Part shown: positions 1-8,391 of the stretch, piece after piece
Layout: each line of letters opens with the position of its first letter
Numbering within the stretch: position 1 is the stretch's first letter
The notes under the pieces: generated by a model
Told to the model about the DNA's origin: nothing
Seen by the model: the letters and a program-made list of their open reading frames with translations, nothing else
The model's database searches: none
From: Erysipelotrichaceae bacterium
GTDB taxonomy: Bacteria; Bacillota_I; Bacilli_A; RFN20; CAG-826
Assembly: GCA_012744375.1 (NCBI GenBank)
Contig: JAAYCD010000108.1
Coordinates: 1-42,073, forward strand
Reading direction: 5' to 3'
Length of the DNA: 42,073 bases
Position numbers and translations under genes: made by a program

Positions 1-98
1 AAACGATTTTTGTTATTCTCACCTTGTCGTTCCTTTTATTCCAAATCATATTAAACGCCATAGAAATTATATATCATCAAAGTAAAAAATCTTTTTTG

Positions 99-341
99 AT
101 GAAAACCATTCAAGCATTAAAAATAATAAGTCATTATATTTTCCCAACTTTACTAATTGTGTTCGGCGCTATTTATTTAGTGGATGTCGGCGCGAAAGTA
201 ACGCTAATGGTTTTCTCAAGTATTGCGCTAGTAGCTTTTTTGTTGTTCGACTTATTTCGTTTGGTTAGATATAAACGTAAAAACACCAAAAAAGTTATAT
301 CAAATAGAACAAACATTTTATCAAACGATATTGACATTTAA
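99..341 (+). CDS. Small hypothetical membrane protein (~80 aa, two hydrophobic segments, basic C-tail)
   Basis: ORF 24..341; the in-frame ATG at 99 is a more plausible start than TTG 24. Two hydrophobic stretches (IFPTLLIVFGAIYLV; LMVFSSIALVAFLLF). Ends next to a bidirectional terminator. Confidence 0.55.
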   Translation: MKTIQALKIISHYIFPTLLIVFGAIYLVDVGAKVTLMVFSSIALVAFLLFDLFRLVRYKRKNTKKVISNRTNILSNDIDI

Positions 342-346
342 GGCCA

Positions 347-378
347 AAACAAAAAGGGCTTTTCACAGCCCTTTGTTT
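347..378. terminator. Bidirectional intrinsic terminator between the first ORF and rplT
   Basis: Inverted repeat AAAGGGCT-tttcac-AGCCCTTT flanked by A- and T-tracts, between convergent genes. Confidence 0.8.
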
Positions 379-391
379 ATTTAATTAATAA

Positions 392-742
392 TTAAGCTTT
401 TTTCGCAGTTTTCACTAAATCAGTGAATGCTTTTGGATCGTTAATCGCTAATTCGGATAACATTTTGCGGTTGATATTGATGTTAGCGGCTTTTAAACCG
501 AACATAAATTTGCTATAGGAAATATCGTTCAAACGGCAGGCAGCATTAATGCGTCTAATCCAAAGTTTACGATAATCTCTTTTAATGTTACGACGGGAAA
601 CATATGCATAGCGTAAGCTGTGCATGACTTGTTCTTTAGCGGTTTTAAAGAGTAAGTGTTTGCTTCCGAAATAACCAGAAGCTCTCTTTAAAATTCTTTT
701 ACGGCGGGCTCTTGTGGCCACACTATTTTTAACTCTTGCCAT
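392..742 (-). CDS. rplT: 50S ribosomal protein L20
   Basis: MARVK...[34 protein letters not shown] motifs; SD GGAGG; lies in the infC-rpmI-rplT operon. Confidence 0.99.
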   Translation of the reverse strand: MARVKNSVATRARRKRILKRASGYFGSKHLLFKTAKEQVMHSLRYAYVSRRNIKRDYRKLWIRRINAACRLNDISYSKFMFGLKAANININRKMLSELAINDPKAFTDLVKTAKKA

Positions 743-757
743 GTGACTCCATCCTCC

Positions 758-952
758 TTATTTAACAATGAGAAACTTAATTCTTTTGTAATCGCTCTTG
801 TGAACAGAGGTTTGCTTCATTAAGTGTCTCTTTTGTTTTGTGGTTTTGTGTGGGGCTAAGTGAGAAACATAAGCGTGATGTCTGACGACTTTGCCAGTAC
901 CGGTAACTTTAATTCTTTTCATTAAAGCTCTTTTGCTTTTCATTTTTGGCAT
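758..952 (-). CDS. rpmI: 50S ribosomal protein L35
   Basis: MPKMKS...KRIKVTGTGK, 64 aa basic protein between infC and rplT. Confidence 0.98.
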   Translation of the reverse strand: MPKMKSKRALMKRIKVTGTGKVVRHHAYVSHLAPHKTTKQKRHLMKQTSVHKSDYKRIKFLIVK

Positions 953-964
953 AAATATTTTCTC

Positions 965-1528
965 CTACTTCTTTTTTGGTGCTAATATCGCGATCAGCCA
1001 TCTATTATCCATAGCGGCCGGTTTTTCAATGATCGCGATTTCCAATAAACCGGCGATAAATTTATCCAAGACTTCTTGACCGACATCGATGTGTTGCATC
1101 TGACGGCCTCTGAAACGCACACCAACTTTGACTTTATCGCCATCTTCAAGAAATTTTAATGCCGCGCGTTGCTTGGTTGCTAAGTCATGAGCACCAATTT
1201 GTGGCGTTAATTGCACTTCCTTGATTTCAACAATGTGTTGATTTTTCTTTGCTTCCTTGGCTCTTTTTTGTTGTTCAAAACGATATTTGCTGTAATTAAT
1301 GATTTTACAAACTGGAGGTTGAGCGTCAGGCGCAACACATAGTAAGTCCAAATCATATTGATTGGCTTTGAATTGTGCTTCGCGTGAAGACATCTTTCCG
1401 ATTTGTTCTCCGTTTGGTCCGATTAATAAAACCTCTGGGAAACGAACGTATTCATTGACTAGTTCTTTGTTTTGATTTGTGCCAGGCTTTCTTTTGTCCT
1501 TGTTGGCGTTACGATTGTCTAAGATAAT
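965..1528 (-). CDS. infC: Translation initiation factor IF-3, non-canonical ATT start (187 aa)
   Basis: ORF 965..1393 stays open for 45 more codons upstream (…LVNEYVRFPEVLLIGPNGEQIG…) to ATT at 1528-1526, 6 nt after SD AAGGAG (1540-1535). Motifs PPVCKI, KEVQL, GDKVKV, RFRGRQ. Confidence 0.95.
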   Translation of the reverse strand: MILDNRNANKDKRKPGTNQNKELVNEYVRFPEVLLIGPNGEQIGKMSSREAQFKANQYDLDLLCVAPDAQPPVCKIINYSKYRFEQQKRAKEAKKNQHIVEIKEVQLTPQIGAHDLATKQRAALKFLEDGDKVKVGVRFRGRQMQHIDVGQEVLDKFIAGLLEIAIIEKPAAMDNRWLIAILAPKKK

Positions 1529-1547
1529 TATCAGCTCCTTTTCTTAA

Positions 1548-1662
1548 TTAAAAACGGGTGCATAGTGCACCCGTTTAAACGTTCTTAATCTTTAAGAAGT
1601 AGCGTCGGCCAACCAATAGTTTTCGGTCTGGCGAGAAGCGGGTGCCTCTGCTTTCTACGTTT
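1548..1662 (-). ncRNA. Ribosomal protein L20 leader (autoregulatory attenuator) with terminator
   Basis: Minus strand carries AAGCAGAGGCACCCGCTTCTC, resembling the Firmicute L20 leader 5' motif. Terminator AAACGGGTGCA-ctat-GCACCCGTTTTT (1576-1550); its CGGGTGC arm can alternatively pair with the upstream GCACCCG (antiterminator). Confidence 0.85.
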
Positions 1663-1671
1663 TACTGATGA

Positions 1672-1700
1672 ATGATAGCACTATTAGATGGGGATGTCAA
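1672..1700 (-). promoter_or_regulatory. Sigma-A promoter of infC-rpmI-rplT
   Basis: TTGACA (1700-1695), 17-nt spacer, extended -10 TGc-TATCAT (1677-1672). Confidence 0.85.
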
Positions 1701-1741
1701 TACAAAGATTTATATTCCTTTGTTTCCCAACTATAAGTTGC

Positions 1742-3523
1742 TTACTTATTTTCGACTTTATAAATTAAACGATTGTTCACTTCGTTATCAATTAGCTTTA
1801 AGAACTCCTCAACCGAAACGGTGATTTGTTCGTTAACTCCAAAGCGACGATACGTCACTGTCTTATTATCTCTTTCTTGATCGCCAAGCACGAGAGTAAA
1901 AGGCACTTTTCTCATTTGCGAAGAGCGCATACGATAGCCTAACTTATCGTTAGAATCATCAAGTTTAACGCGTAAGCCACGTGCTTTGAAATCAGTGAAT
2001 AATTGTTTGGCATAATCAAGATGGAAAGCGTTATTAACTGGTAAAATATTAACTTGTAGTGGTGCAAGCCATGTTGGGAAAGCGCCACCAAAGTGTTCAA
2101 TAATAATACCGATAAATCTTTCAATGCTACCTAAACAAGCGCGATGGAGCATAATGGGGCGTTTCTTTTCGCCGTCGCCATCAATATAGAAGCAATCAAA
2201 TCTCTCAGGTAAATTCATATCGAGTTGGATCGTGCCACACTGCCAAATTCTACCCACAGAATCTTTTAGCTTAAAGTCAAGTTTTGGACCATAGAAAGCG
2301 CCATCGCCAGGATTAATCTTAAATTCGCGACCAGATTGTTGGCAAGCTTCCATTAAAATGGCCTCTGATTTATCCCAAGTTTTGATGTCGCCAATATAAC
2401 CTTCTTCTGGACGAGTTGATAAGACGATGTAATAGTCTAAATCAAAGATAGAATACATTTCTTCGAAGAACTTCAATAAGGTTGTAATTTCTTCAACTAA
2501 TTGGTCTTCACGGCAGAAAATATGCGCATCATCTTGTGTGAAAGCGCGCACTCTGAATAATCCGTTAAGCGCGCCACTTGCTTCGTGACGGTGGACGTGT
2601 CCAAGTTCCGCCATTCTAATTGGCAAATCTTTATAAGAATGAAGGGAATTTTTGTAAACCAAAATACTACCAGGACAGTTCATTGGTTTGATTGCAAAAT
2701 CGCGGTCATCAATTTTAGTAGTGTACATATTTTCTTTATACACAAACCAATGTCCAGATATTTCCCAAAGTTCACGGGATAACATGGTTGGTGTTTTAAT
2801 TAAAGAATAGTCATATTTGAAATGTTGTTCTTTCCAATATTTTTCAATATTCTCACGCAATATCATGCCATTAGGTAGCCAAAATGGGAAACCTGGTCCA
2901 TATTCAGAAAGGAAAAATAAACCGAGTTGTTTACCAAGCAAACGATGATCTCTTTTCTTGCGCTCTTCAATGAGATTCAAGTAATTTTTTAATTCTTCAT
3001 CAGTGTACCAAGAAGTACCATATATTCTTGTTAATTGCTTATTATTGCTATCACCGCGCCAATAAGCGCCAGCTAAAGATAATAGTTTAAAATGTTTAAT
3101 TAACGCTGTAGACATCAAGTGTGGTCCACGGCACAAATCGACAAATTCGCCTTGCGAAAAGATGGTGATGTCTTCATTAATTTCGCTGATGAGTTCAAGT
3201 TTATAAGGGTTATCTTTAAAAAGTTCTAATGCTTCTTGTTTATTAACGACATTTCTGACAATTTTTAAATCCTTACTTGCTAATTCTTTCATCTTCTTTT
3301 CAATGATAGGTAAGTCTTCTTCGACTAAGACTTTATCACCAAAATCAATGTCATAGTAAAAACCATTTTCAATCGCTGGACCAAAACCAAACTTCGCAAA
3401 AGGGTATAATTGTTTAACAGCTTGTGCTAATAGGTGGGATGTTGAATGGTTCAATACTTCTAACGCCTCCGGAGCGCTTTTTTCAATTTCAATAATTGAA
3501 CCATCATGTTGTTGTACTTTCAT
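1742..3523 (-). CDS. thrS: Threonine--tRNA ligase (593 aa)
   Basis: HSTSHLLAQA, DLCRGPH, KPMNCP, RHEASGALNGLFRVR, GAFYGPK, WQCGTIQLD motifs. Start moved to ATG 3523 after SD GGAGG. Confidence 0.98.
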   Translation of the reverse strand: MKVQQHDGSIIEIEKSAPEALEVLNHSTSHLLAQAVKQLYPFAKFGFGPAIENGFYYDIDFGDKVLVEEDLPIIEKKMKELASKDLKIVRNVVNKQEALELFKDNPYKLELISEINEDITIFSQGEFVDLCRGPHLMSTALIKHFKLLSLAGAYWRGDSNNKQLTRIYGTSWYTDEELKNYLNLIEERKKRDHRLLGKQLGLFFLSEYGPGFPFWLPNGMILRENIEKYWKEQHFKYDYSLIKTPTMLSRELWEISGHWFVYKENMYTTKIDDRDFAIKPMNCPGSILVYKNSLHSYKDLPIRMAELGHVHRHEASGALNGLFRVRAFTQDDAHIFCREDQLVEEITTLLKFFEEMYSIFDLDYYIVLSTRPEEGYIGDIKTWDKSEAILMEACQQSGREFKINPGDGAFYGPKLDFKLKDSVGRIWQCGTIQLDMNLPERFDCFYIDGDGEKKRPIMLHRACLGSIERFIGIIIEHFGGAFPTWLAPLQVNILPVNNAFHLDYAKQLFTDFKARGLRVKLDDSNDKLGYRMRSSQMRKVPFTLVLGDQERDNKTVTYRRFGVNEQITVSVEEFLKLIDNEVNNRLIYKVENK

Positions 3524-3591
3524 AATTTTCTTTCCTCCACAATAGAATAGTGGGCTTACTTTAAGGTTATCGTTCTTAAACAAATTTTCTT

Positions 3592-4554
3592 TTATTGTAG
3601 CATGTCAATTAAAGCGCGCAACCCACGTGTGTGAACGTGTTTCATCTTGGTCGCTTCGGCGATTGGATAATCGACAATCATATTATTTTTAATACCAACA
3701 ACGCGACTTGTTGGATCTTTTTCGGTTAATAAATCAATCGCACGGGCGCTAAGTCTAGCCGCTAAAATACGATCATGCGCGTCAGGAGAACCACCTCTTT
3801 GTAAACGACCTAAGACTTCGGTACGAGTGTCAAAGCCAGTTTCAAGAGCGATTTTCTTAGCCAATTCTTTAATATCTAACAAATTTTCAGAAATGATGAT
3901 AATCGCGTGAGATTTATTTTGTGCTTTCATCTTTCTTAATTTGCGGAATAAAGCATCTTCTTTTAAAGGATGTTCAACACAAATGACGCCTTCAGCACCT
4001 TCTGCTAAAGCAGCAAACATTGCAAGGTCACCGCAATCACGACCCATGACTTCAATTAATGTACAACGTTGATGAGAACCGGAAGTGTCTTTAAGTTTAT
4101 CAACGCAATCACAGATGGTGTTTAAAGCGGTAGAAAAACCAATTGTTTCATCAGTGCTGCCAACATCATTATCAATTGTGCCAGGAATACCAATTGTTAC
4201 GATACCAGCTTTATCAAGCAGCTCTAAGCCTTTATATGTACCATCGCCACCGATACCGATTAAAGCGTCGATTTCGAAGTCTTTTAATTGCTGCGCTGCT
4301 TTTTCAGAAACATCAGGATTGGCAAATTCTGGTAAACGGGCACTACGAATAATCGTACCACCACGATTAATAATGTCTTGAGTGAAATCTTTATTTACTT
4401 GGATGATGTTGCCTTCCACTAAACCGCGGAAACCATCATAGACCACATACATATCTTTGCCATAGTATAGGCCAGCGCGAATACAAGCGCGTAAAGCGGC
4501 ATTCATGCCAGGGGCATCGCCACCGCTAGTGAGGACTGCAATTTTTCTAATCAT
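3592..4554 (-). CDS. pfkA: ATP-dependent 6-phosphofructokinase
   Basis: LTSGGDAPGMN, IGGDGT, PGTIDND, EVMGR, QRGG motifs; SD AAGGAG. Confidence 0.97.
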   Translation of the reverse strand: MIRKIAVLTSGGDAPGMNAALRACIRAGLYYGKDMYVVYDGFRGLVEGNIIQVNKDFTQDIINRGGTIIRSARLPEFANPDVSEKAAQQLKDFEIDALIGIGGDGTYKGLELLDKAGIVTIGIPGTIDNDVGSTDETIGFSTALNTICDCVDKLKDTSGSHQRCTLIEVMGRDCGDLAMFAALAEGAEGVICVEHPLKEDALFRKLRKMKAQNKSHAIIIISENLLDIKELAKKIALETGFDTRTEVLGRLQRGGSPDAHDRILAARLSARAIDLLTEKDPTSRVVGIKNNMIVDYPIAEATKMKHVHTRGLRALIDMLQ

Positions 4555-4596
4555 ATATAGAGCTCCTTAATAATATCCTTTATTATTACGGAACTA

Positions 4597-4754
4597 TTAT
4601 ACACACTTTTTCTCTCTTTTATCGTCAAAATGCATTTTTTCCACAAATTTTTTTGTGGATAACTTCCATTCCTTGATTAAATGACTACTATTTATATTTA
4701 TATAAATGTAATTGCAATAATTGTGGATAACTAAAGATTATAAAGTGTGCATAT
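4597..4754. promoter_or_regulatory. Cluster of DnaA boxes with an AT-rich core in the pfkA/dnaB divergent intergenic region
   Basis: TTATACACA 4597-4605, TTTTCCACA 4637-4645, TGTGGATAA 4654-4662 and TGTGGATAA 4722-4730 all fit TTWTNCACA. One-mismatch box TGTGCATAT at 4746-4754. Confidence 0.8.
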
Positions 4755-4806
4755 TTTTTCCAATTTATTTTACTAAATAAGCATGGCATAATACATTCAC
4801 GAAATT

Positions 4807-6120
4807 ATGACAATATTATCTAATAACGATTTCTTGGAAGTGAGACTGGCATCGATGATCGCGGATTATGATCGCGATACTTTAGTCAACCTTTATCAAT
4901 CGATGATTGGCTTTGAAGCAGTCGCTATTTATATGACACTTTGGAGTGAAGCAAACAATGAAAGAATATCTCCTATTTGTACTCACGAACAATTGTTTTT
5001 AAGAATGAGAATTCCTCCAAGCGTTTTTATTGAAGGACGAAAACATCTAGAAGCCGTTGGATTATTAAAGACTTTCGTTTCAAGCGAATCCGATTATAGT
5101 ATTTATCATTATGAGTTATATGCCCCTAAATCACCGAGAGGCTTTTTTGACGATGCGTTATTATATGGTACAATGATAAAAAGCATTGGTGAAAGCAACG
5201 CTAATCGGCTTAAGAATATTTATATTGTCGATAAAGTGCAAGATTATGGCGAAGAAATCACCGCTAAATATTGTGATGTCTTCCAACCTGAGTTCAATGA
5301 CCAAGCCTTCATTGAAGCTACTCAATGCGACTGTAAAATCAAAGGTCGCAACTCCGGCAAGATTAATAGTCAATTCAATTATGAAATCTTCTTTACCGAA
5401 CTAGCTGGAATTTCACAAATCACTTCTACCTCTTTAAAAAAAGAGGAAATGAAAGAAATTGAAAGACTAGCGATGCTTAATGGTGTAAACGAAGAAATGT
5501 CCGCTAGACTTGTCAATCAAGTGTATGTAGCGAGTAACGTTAAAGGACAGCGCGTCAATCTTGCAACGTTAAATAAACTTATGCAAGACATATCTGACAG
5601 TAGATTTAGACCATTTGATGAAACACCAACCGCTAAACCAAACCTCACAAAAGGAAAAACCGATTTAGCAAGAAAAATAAATTTAATGGAAGTAAAATCG
5701 CCAAAAGAATATCTCGCCTATTTACAAAATGGAACAAAACCCGCTTCTGCGGATATGCGTATTTTAGATTCATTAAGTACCGATTATCATTTGCCTAATG
5801 CAGTCATTAACGCCATTGTTGACTATGTGTTAATTAAAACCGACAACGTCTTATCGCGTGCTTACTGTGAAAAAATTGCCGCTTCGCTAGTTAGAGAAAA
5901 CTGTCAAACTGCAGTCGACGCAATGAATTATCTTAAAAAGATTGAACGCAGAGTCAGAAATAAAATTAATCGAAAATCTAAAATTGCTACTCCTGAGGTG
6001 GAAGAAGCAGAAACGATTACCAAACCAAAACCAAAAGCGACTAGTAATGATAACTGGGAAGCAGAATGGGAACGCATCCTCGATGAATTGAAAGGAGGTA
6101 ACAAAGATGGAAAAGCTTAA
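4807..6120 (+). CDS. dnaB: Firmicute-type helicase loader / replication initiation protein DnaB (DnaD-domain family, not the E. coli helicase)
   Basis: N-terminal LYQSMIG…LEAVGLLKTF…YELYAP.S..FF.D; C-terminal VINAIVDYVL…YCEKIAAS…AMNY; overlaps dnaI. Confidence 0.9.
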   Translation: MTILSNNDFLEVRLASMIADYDRDTLVNLYQSMIGFEAVAIYMTLWSEANNERISPICTHEQLFLRMRIPPSVFIEGRKHLEAVGLLKTFVSSESDYSIYHYELYAPKSPRGFFDDALLYGTMIKSIGESNANRLKNIYIVDKVQDYGEEITAKYCDVFQPEFNDQAFIEATQCDCKIKGRNSGKINSQFNYEIFFTELAGISQITSTSLKKEEMKEIERLAMLNGVNEEMSARLVNQVYVASNVKGQRVNLATLNKLMQDISDSRFRPFDETPTAKPNLTKGKTDLARKINLMEVKSPKEYLAYLQNGTKPASADMRILDSLSTDYHLPNAVINAIVDYVLIKTDNVLSRAYCEKIAASLVRENCQTAVDAMNYLKKIERRVRNKINRKSKIATPEVEEAETITKPKPKATSNDNWEAEWERILDELKGGNKDGKA

Positions 6121-7009
6121 AGTTACAAACTTAAACATCACCAGTGATGAAGCGATTATTCAAGAAATGAAACAATCGCTTAAAAACTGTCCTTCAGTCA
6201 TCAAGTATTGCAAAGACCTTGGCATGGATGAAAATACGATGTACGAAAACATCACGAAAATTTATGATTTAGTGCTCGATACAAACTATTGTAAAAAGTG
6301 CCCCGGCTTACAAAAATGCCAAAAAGATAATGCCTATTTGGTGACAAAAATTACATACAATAACAAAGTGGTGGAAAGCCAACTTGTTCCGTGTCCTGAA
6401 TTACTAAAAAGAATGAGTTTTGAAAAGCAATTAGTAGTCAGGGATTTTCCTGATGATTGGCTTGAAACATCATTATCAGATGTTGATAAATCAAAAAGCA
6501 AAACAGAAGCGATCAAGGCATATACCGCTTATGTTAAAAACGCTAGTAGCAACTGGATATATTTATTCGGAGGCATCGGAGCTGGTAAGTCTTTCTTAGC
6601 AGCGGCTTTTGCTATTGACATAGCTAAAAGATCGATTAAGGGCAAATCACCAGTCGCATTTATTAATGCGGCAAAAAGATTTTTGGAATTGAATGACCTA
6701 AACAAAACCAATAATAATGAATTTAAGTCAAAACTTGATTTTTATTGTAATATCCCATTTTTAGTCATCGATGACTTTGGTCATGAATTAAAAACTGATT
6801 TCATTCGCGACGCGATTTTAAGCGAAATCATTAACACGAGATGTAATAAAAAATTGTTCACCATTTTTACAAGCAACTTTTCATTAGTTGATATCGAAGC
6901 ACTTTATGGCACTAACAATGCACGCGCCATTATGGCAAAACAAATTGTTAAAACCATTAAATCAATGTGCATTAAAGAGATTGATTTAGGCGACTTAAAA
7001 CTTTATTAA
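6107..7009 (+). CDS. dnaI: Primosomal helicase loader ATPase DnaI
   Basis: N-terminal Cys cluster (CKKC…C…C), Walker A GGIGAGKS, Walker B LVIDDFG, IRDAIL, TIFTSNF; SD GGAGG; follows dnaB. Confidence 0.9.
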   Translation: MEKLKVTNLNITSDEAIIQEMKQSLKNCPSVIKYCKDLGMDENTMYENITKIYDLVLDTNYCKKCPGLQKCQKDNAYLVTKITYNNKVVESQLVPCPELLKRMSFEKQLVVRDFPDDWLETSLSDVDKSKSKTEAIKAYTAYVKNASSNWIYLFGGIGAGKSFLAAAFAIDIAKRSIKGKSPVAFINAAKRFLELNDLNKTNNNEFKSKLDFYCNIPFLVIDDFGHELKTDFIRDAILSEIINTRCNKKLFTIFTSNFSLVDIEALYGTNNARAIMAKQIVKTIKSMCIKEIDLGDLKLY

Positions 7010-8387
7010 TAATTGTGTCTACCTGAGACACTAAATCTGCTTTATCCTTGTTGTTATCGATAATATAATCGAGATCGGCCAAATGCTCGAAAAATTGATG
7101 GTTATCATCATTGATGCGCTTGTTAAAGGCGCTTTTTTCTTTATCTCTTAAATTTAACCTATTTATTTGATTTTCTTCATTGATATCAACACCGATTATT
7201 ATGTCAAACATATTTTGCATTTTCGCTTTAAATAATAGAGGAACTTCAGCAACTAATAGTTTTGAGGTCGATGTTTCAAAAATATTAGTAATTTCATTTT
7301 TTACAAGTGGGTGTATAAATCTTTCTAGTTTTGCCAAATCTAACGGATGATGAGCGAGATGGTTTCTTAAATTCACGATAAAATCACCGTCTTCTGGAAG
7401 ATTGAATTTTTTATTAATTTTATTTTGAATGACTTTGTCTTTATAAAGTTGATGAACAATTGCATCAGAAGAAATCGCTAAAAATTTGTGTTTATTAAAA
7501 ATTTCTAGAACTGAACTTTTTCCTGAAGCAATTTTTCCAACAATTGCAATCTTTAGTGGTGGATGTTTTCTGGGCTGACAATTAGGACAATAAGTCGTTC
7601 CACGGCCACCGATTTTGATAAATCTAAGAAATCTGTGACATACGACACACTTTTGACCTTGTCGCCCATAAACTGCGAGTTGTGTTTGGAAATTACCAGA
7701 AATGTCTTTACCTGGATGATAGCTTCGAATAGTAGAGCCTCCGCTTTTAATCGCTTCTAACAAAACTAACTTAGAATATTTAACAACGTTTTCCCAATCT
7801 GACATTGAAAGACTTTTAGTTGGGGTAAGAGGATGTAACTCACTTTTGAAAAGCACTTCATCTACATAAATATTACCTAAGCCAACAAAAAGCTTTTGGC
7901 TAAGTAAAGAGGTCTTGATTGGCAAACCAATTTTTTGTCCTTTTTTATATAATAACGCGACGTCCTTAATATCAAATGGTTCTGGCCCTAACTCTTTAAG
8001 TGATTGAATATTTTGATAACTTGCCTCGTCAGCCATGATCATCCGTCCAAAACAACGCGAATCATCATAACAAAGTTTCATATTATTATCTAAATGGAAA
8101 ACAACACGCGCATATTTACTATTTTCAAAAGATTCTGGTAATTCATAATACTTACCTTCCATTCTTAAATGAGAGACAAGCACTTTGTTATCGCTTAAAT
8201 GGAAAATCAAAAACTTTCCTCGACGGGTAATATTAAGAAATTTAGATCCTTTCATGAATTTAATAAATTCATGTTCAAGGTTATTAACGATACTTTTTCG
8301 TAAAATATCCACTTTCAAAACTGTGCGATTTTTAATAATCGGCAATAAGACATTTTTTACAGTTTCTACTTCTGGAAGTTCTGGCAT
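6972..8387 (-). CDS. mutM: Fusion of formamidopyrimidine-DNA glycosylase (MutM/Fpg) and dephospho-CoA kinase (CoaE)
   Basis: MPELPEVE, RRGKFL, HLRMEG, GLGNIYVDE and a CxxC…CPNCQ zinc finger, followed in frame by KIAIVGKIASGKSS, DAIVH, IHPLV, EVPLLF, DYIIDN (CoaE). Confidence 0.93.
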   Translation of the reverse strand: MPELPEVETVKNVLLPIIKNRTVLKVDILRKSIVNNLEHEFIKFMKGSKFLNITRRGKFLIFHLSDNKVLVSHLRMEGKYYELPESFENSKYARVVFHLDNNMKLCYDDSRCFGRMIMADEASYQNIQSLKELGPEPFDIKDVALLYKKGQKIGLPIKTSLLSQKLFVGLGNIYVDEVLFKSELHPLTPTKSLSMSDWENVVKYSKLVLLEAIKSGGSTIRSYHPGKDISGNFQTQLAVYGRQGQKCVVCHRFLRFIKIGGRGTTYCPNCQPRKHPPLKIAIVGKIASGKSSVLEIFNKHKFLAISSDAIVHQLYKDKVIQNKINKKFNLPEDGDFIVNLRNHLAHHPLDLAKLERFIHPLVKNEITNIFETSTSKLLVAEVPLLFKAKMQNMFDIIIGVDINEENQINRLNLRDKEKSAFNKRINDDNHQFFEHLADLDYIIDNNKDKADLVSQVDTIINKVLSRLNQSL

Positions 8388-8391
8388 ATTA

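Noticed and set aside
3534-3556. Hairpin over the thrS SD as a tRNA-mimic translational operator
   Set aside because: Only a 4-bp core stem with a mismatch, and no Thr anticodon in the loop.
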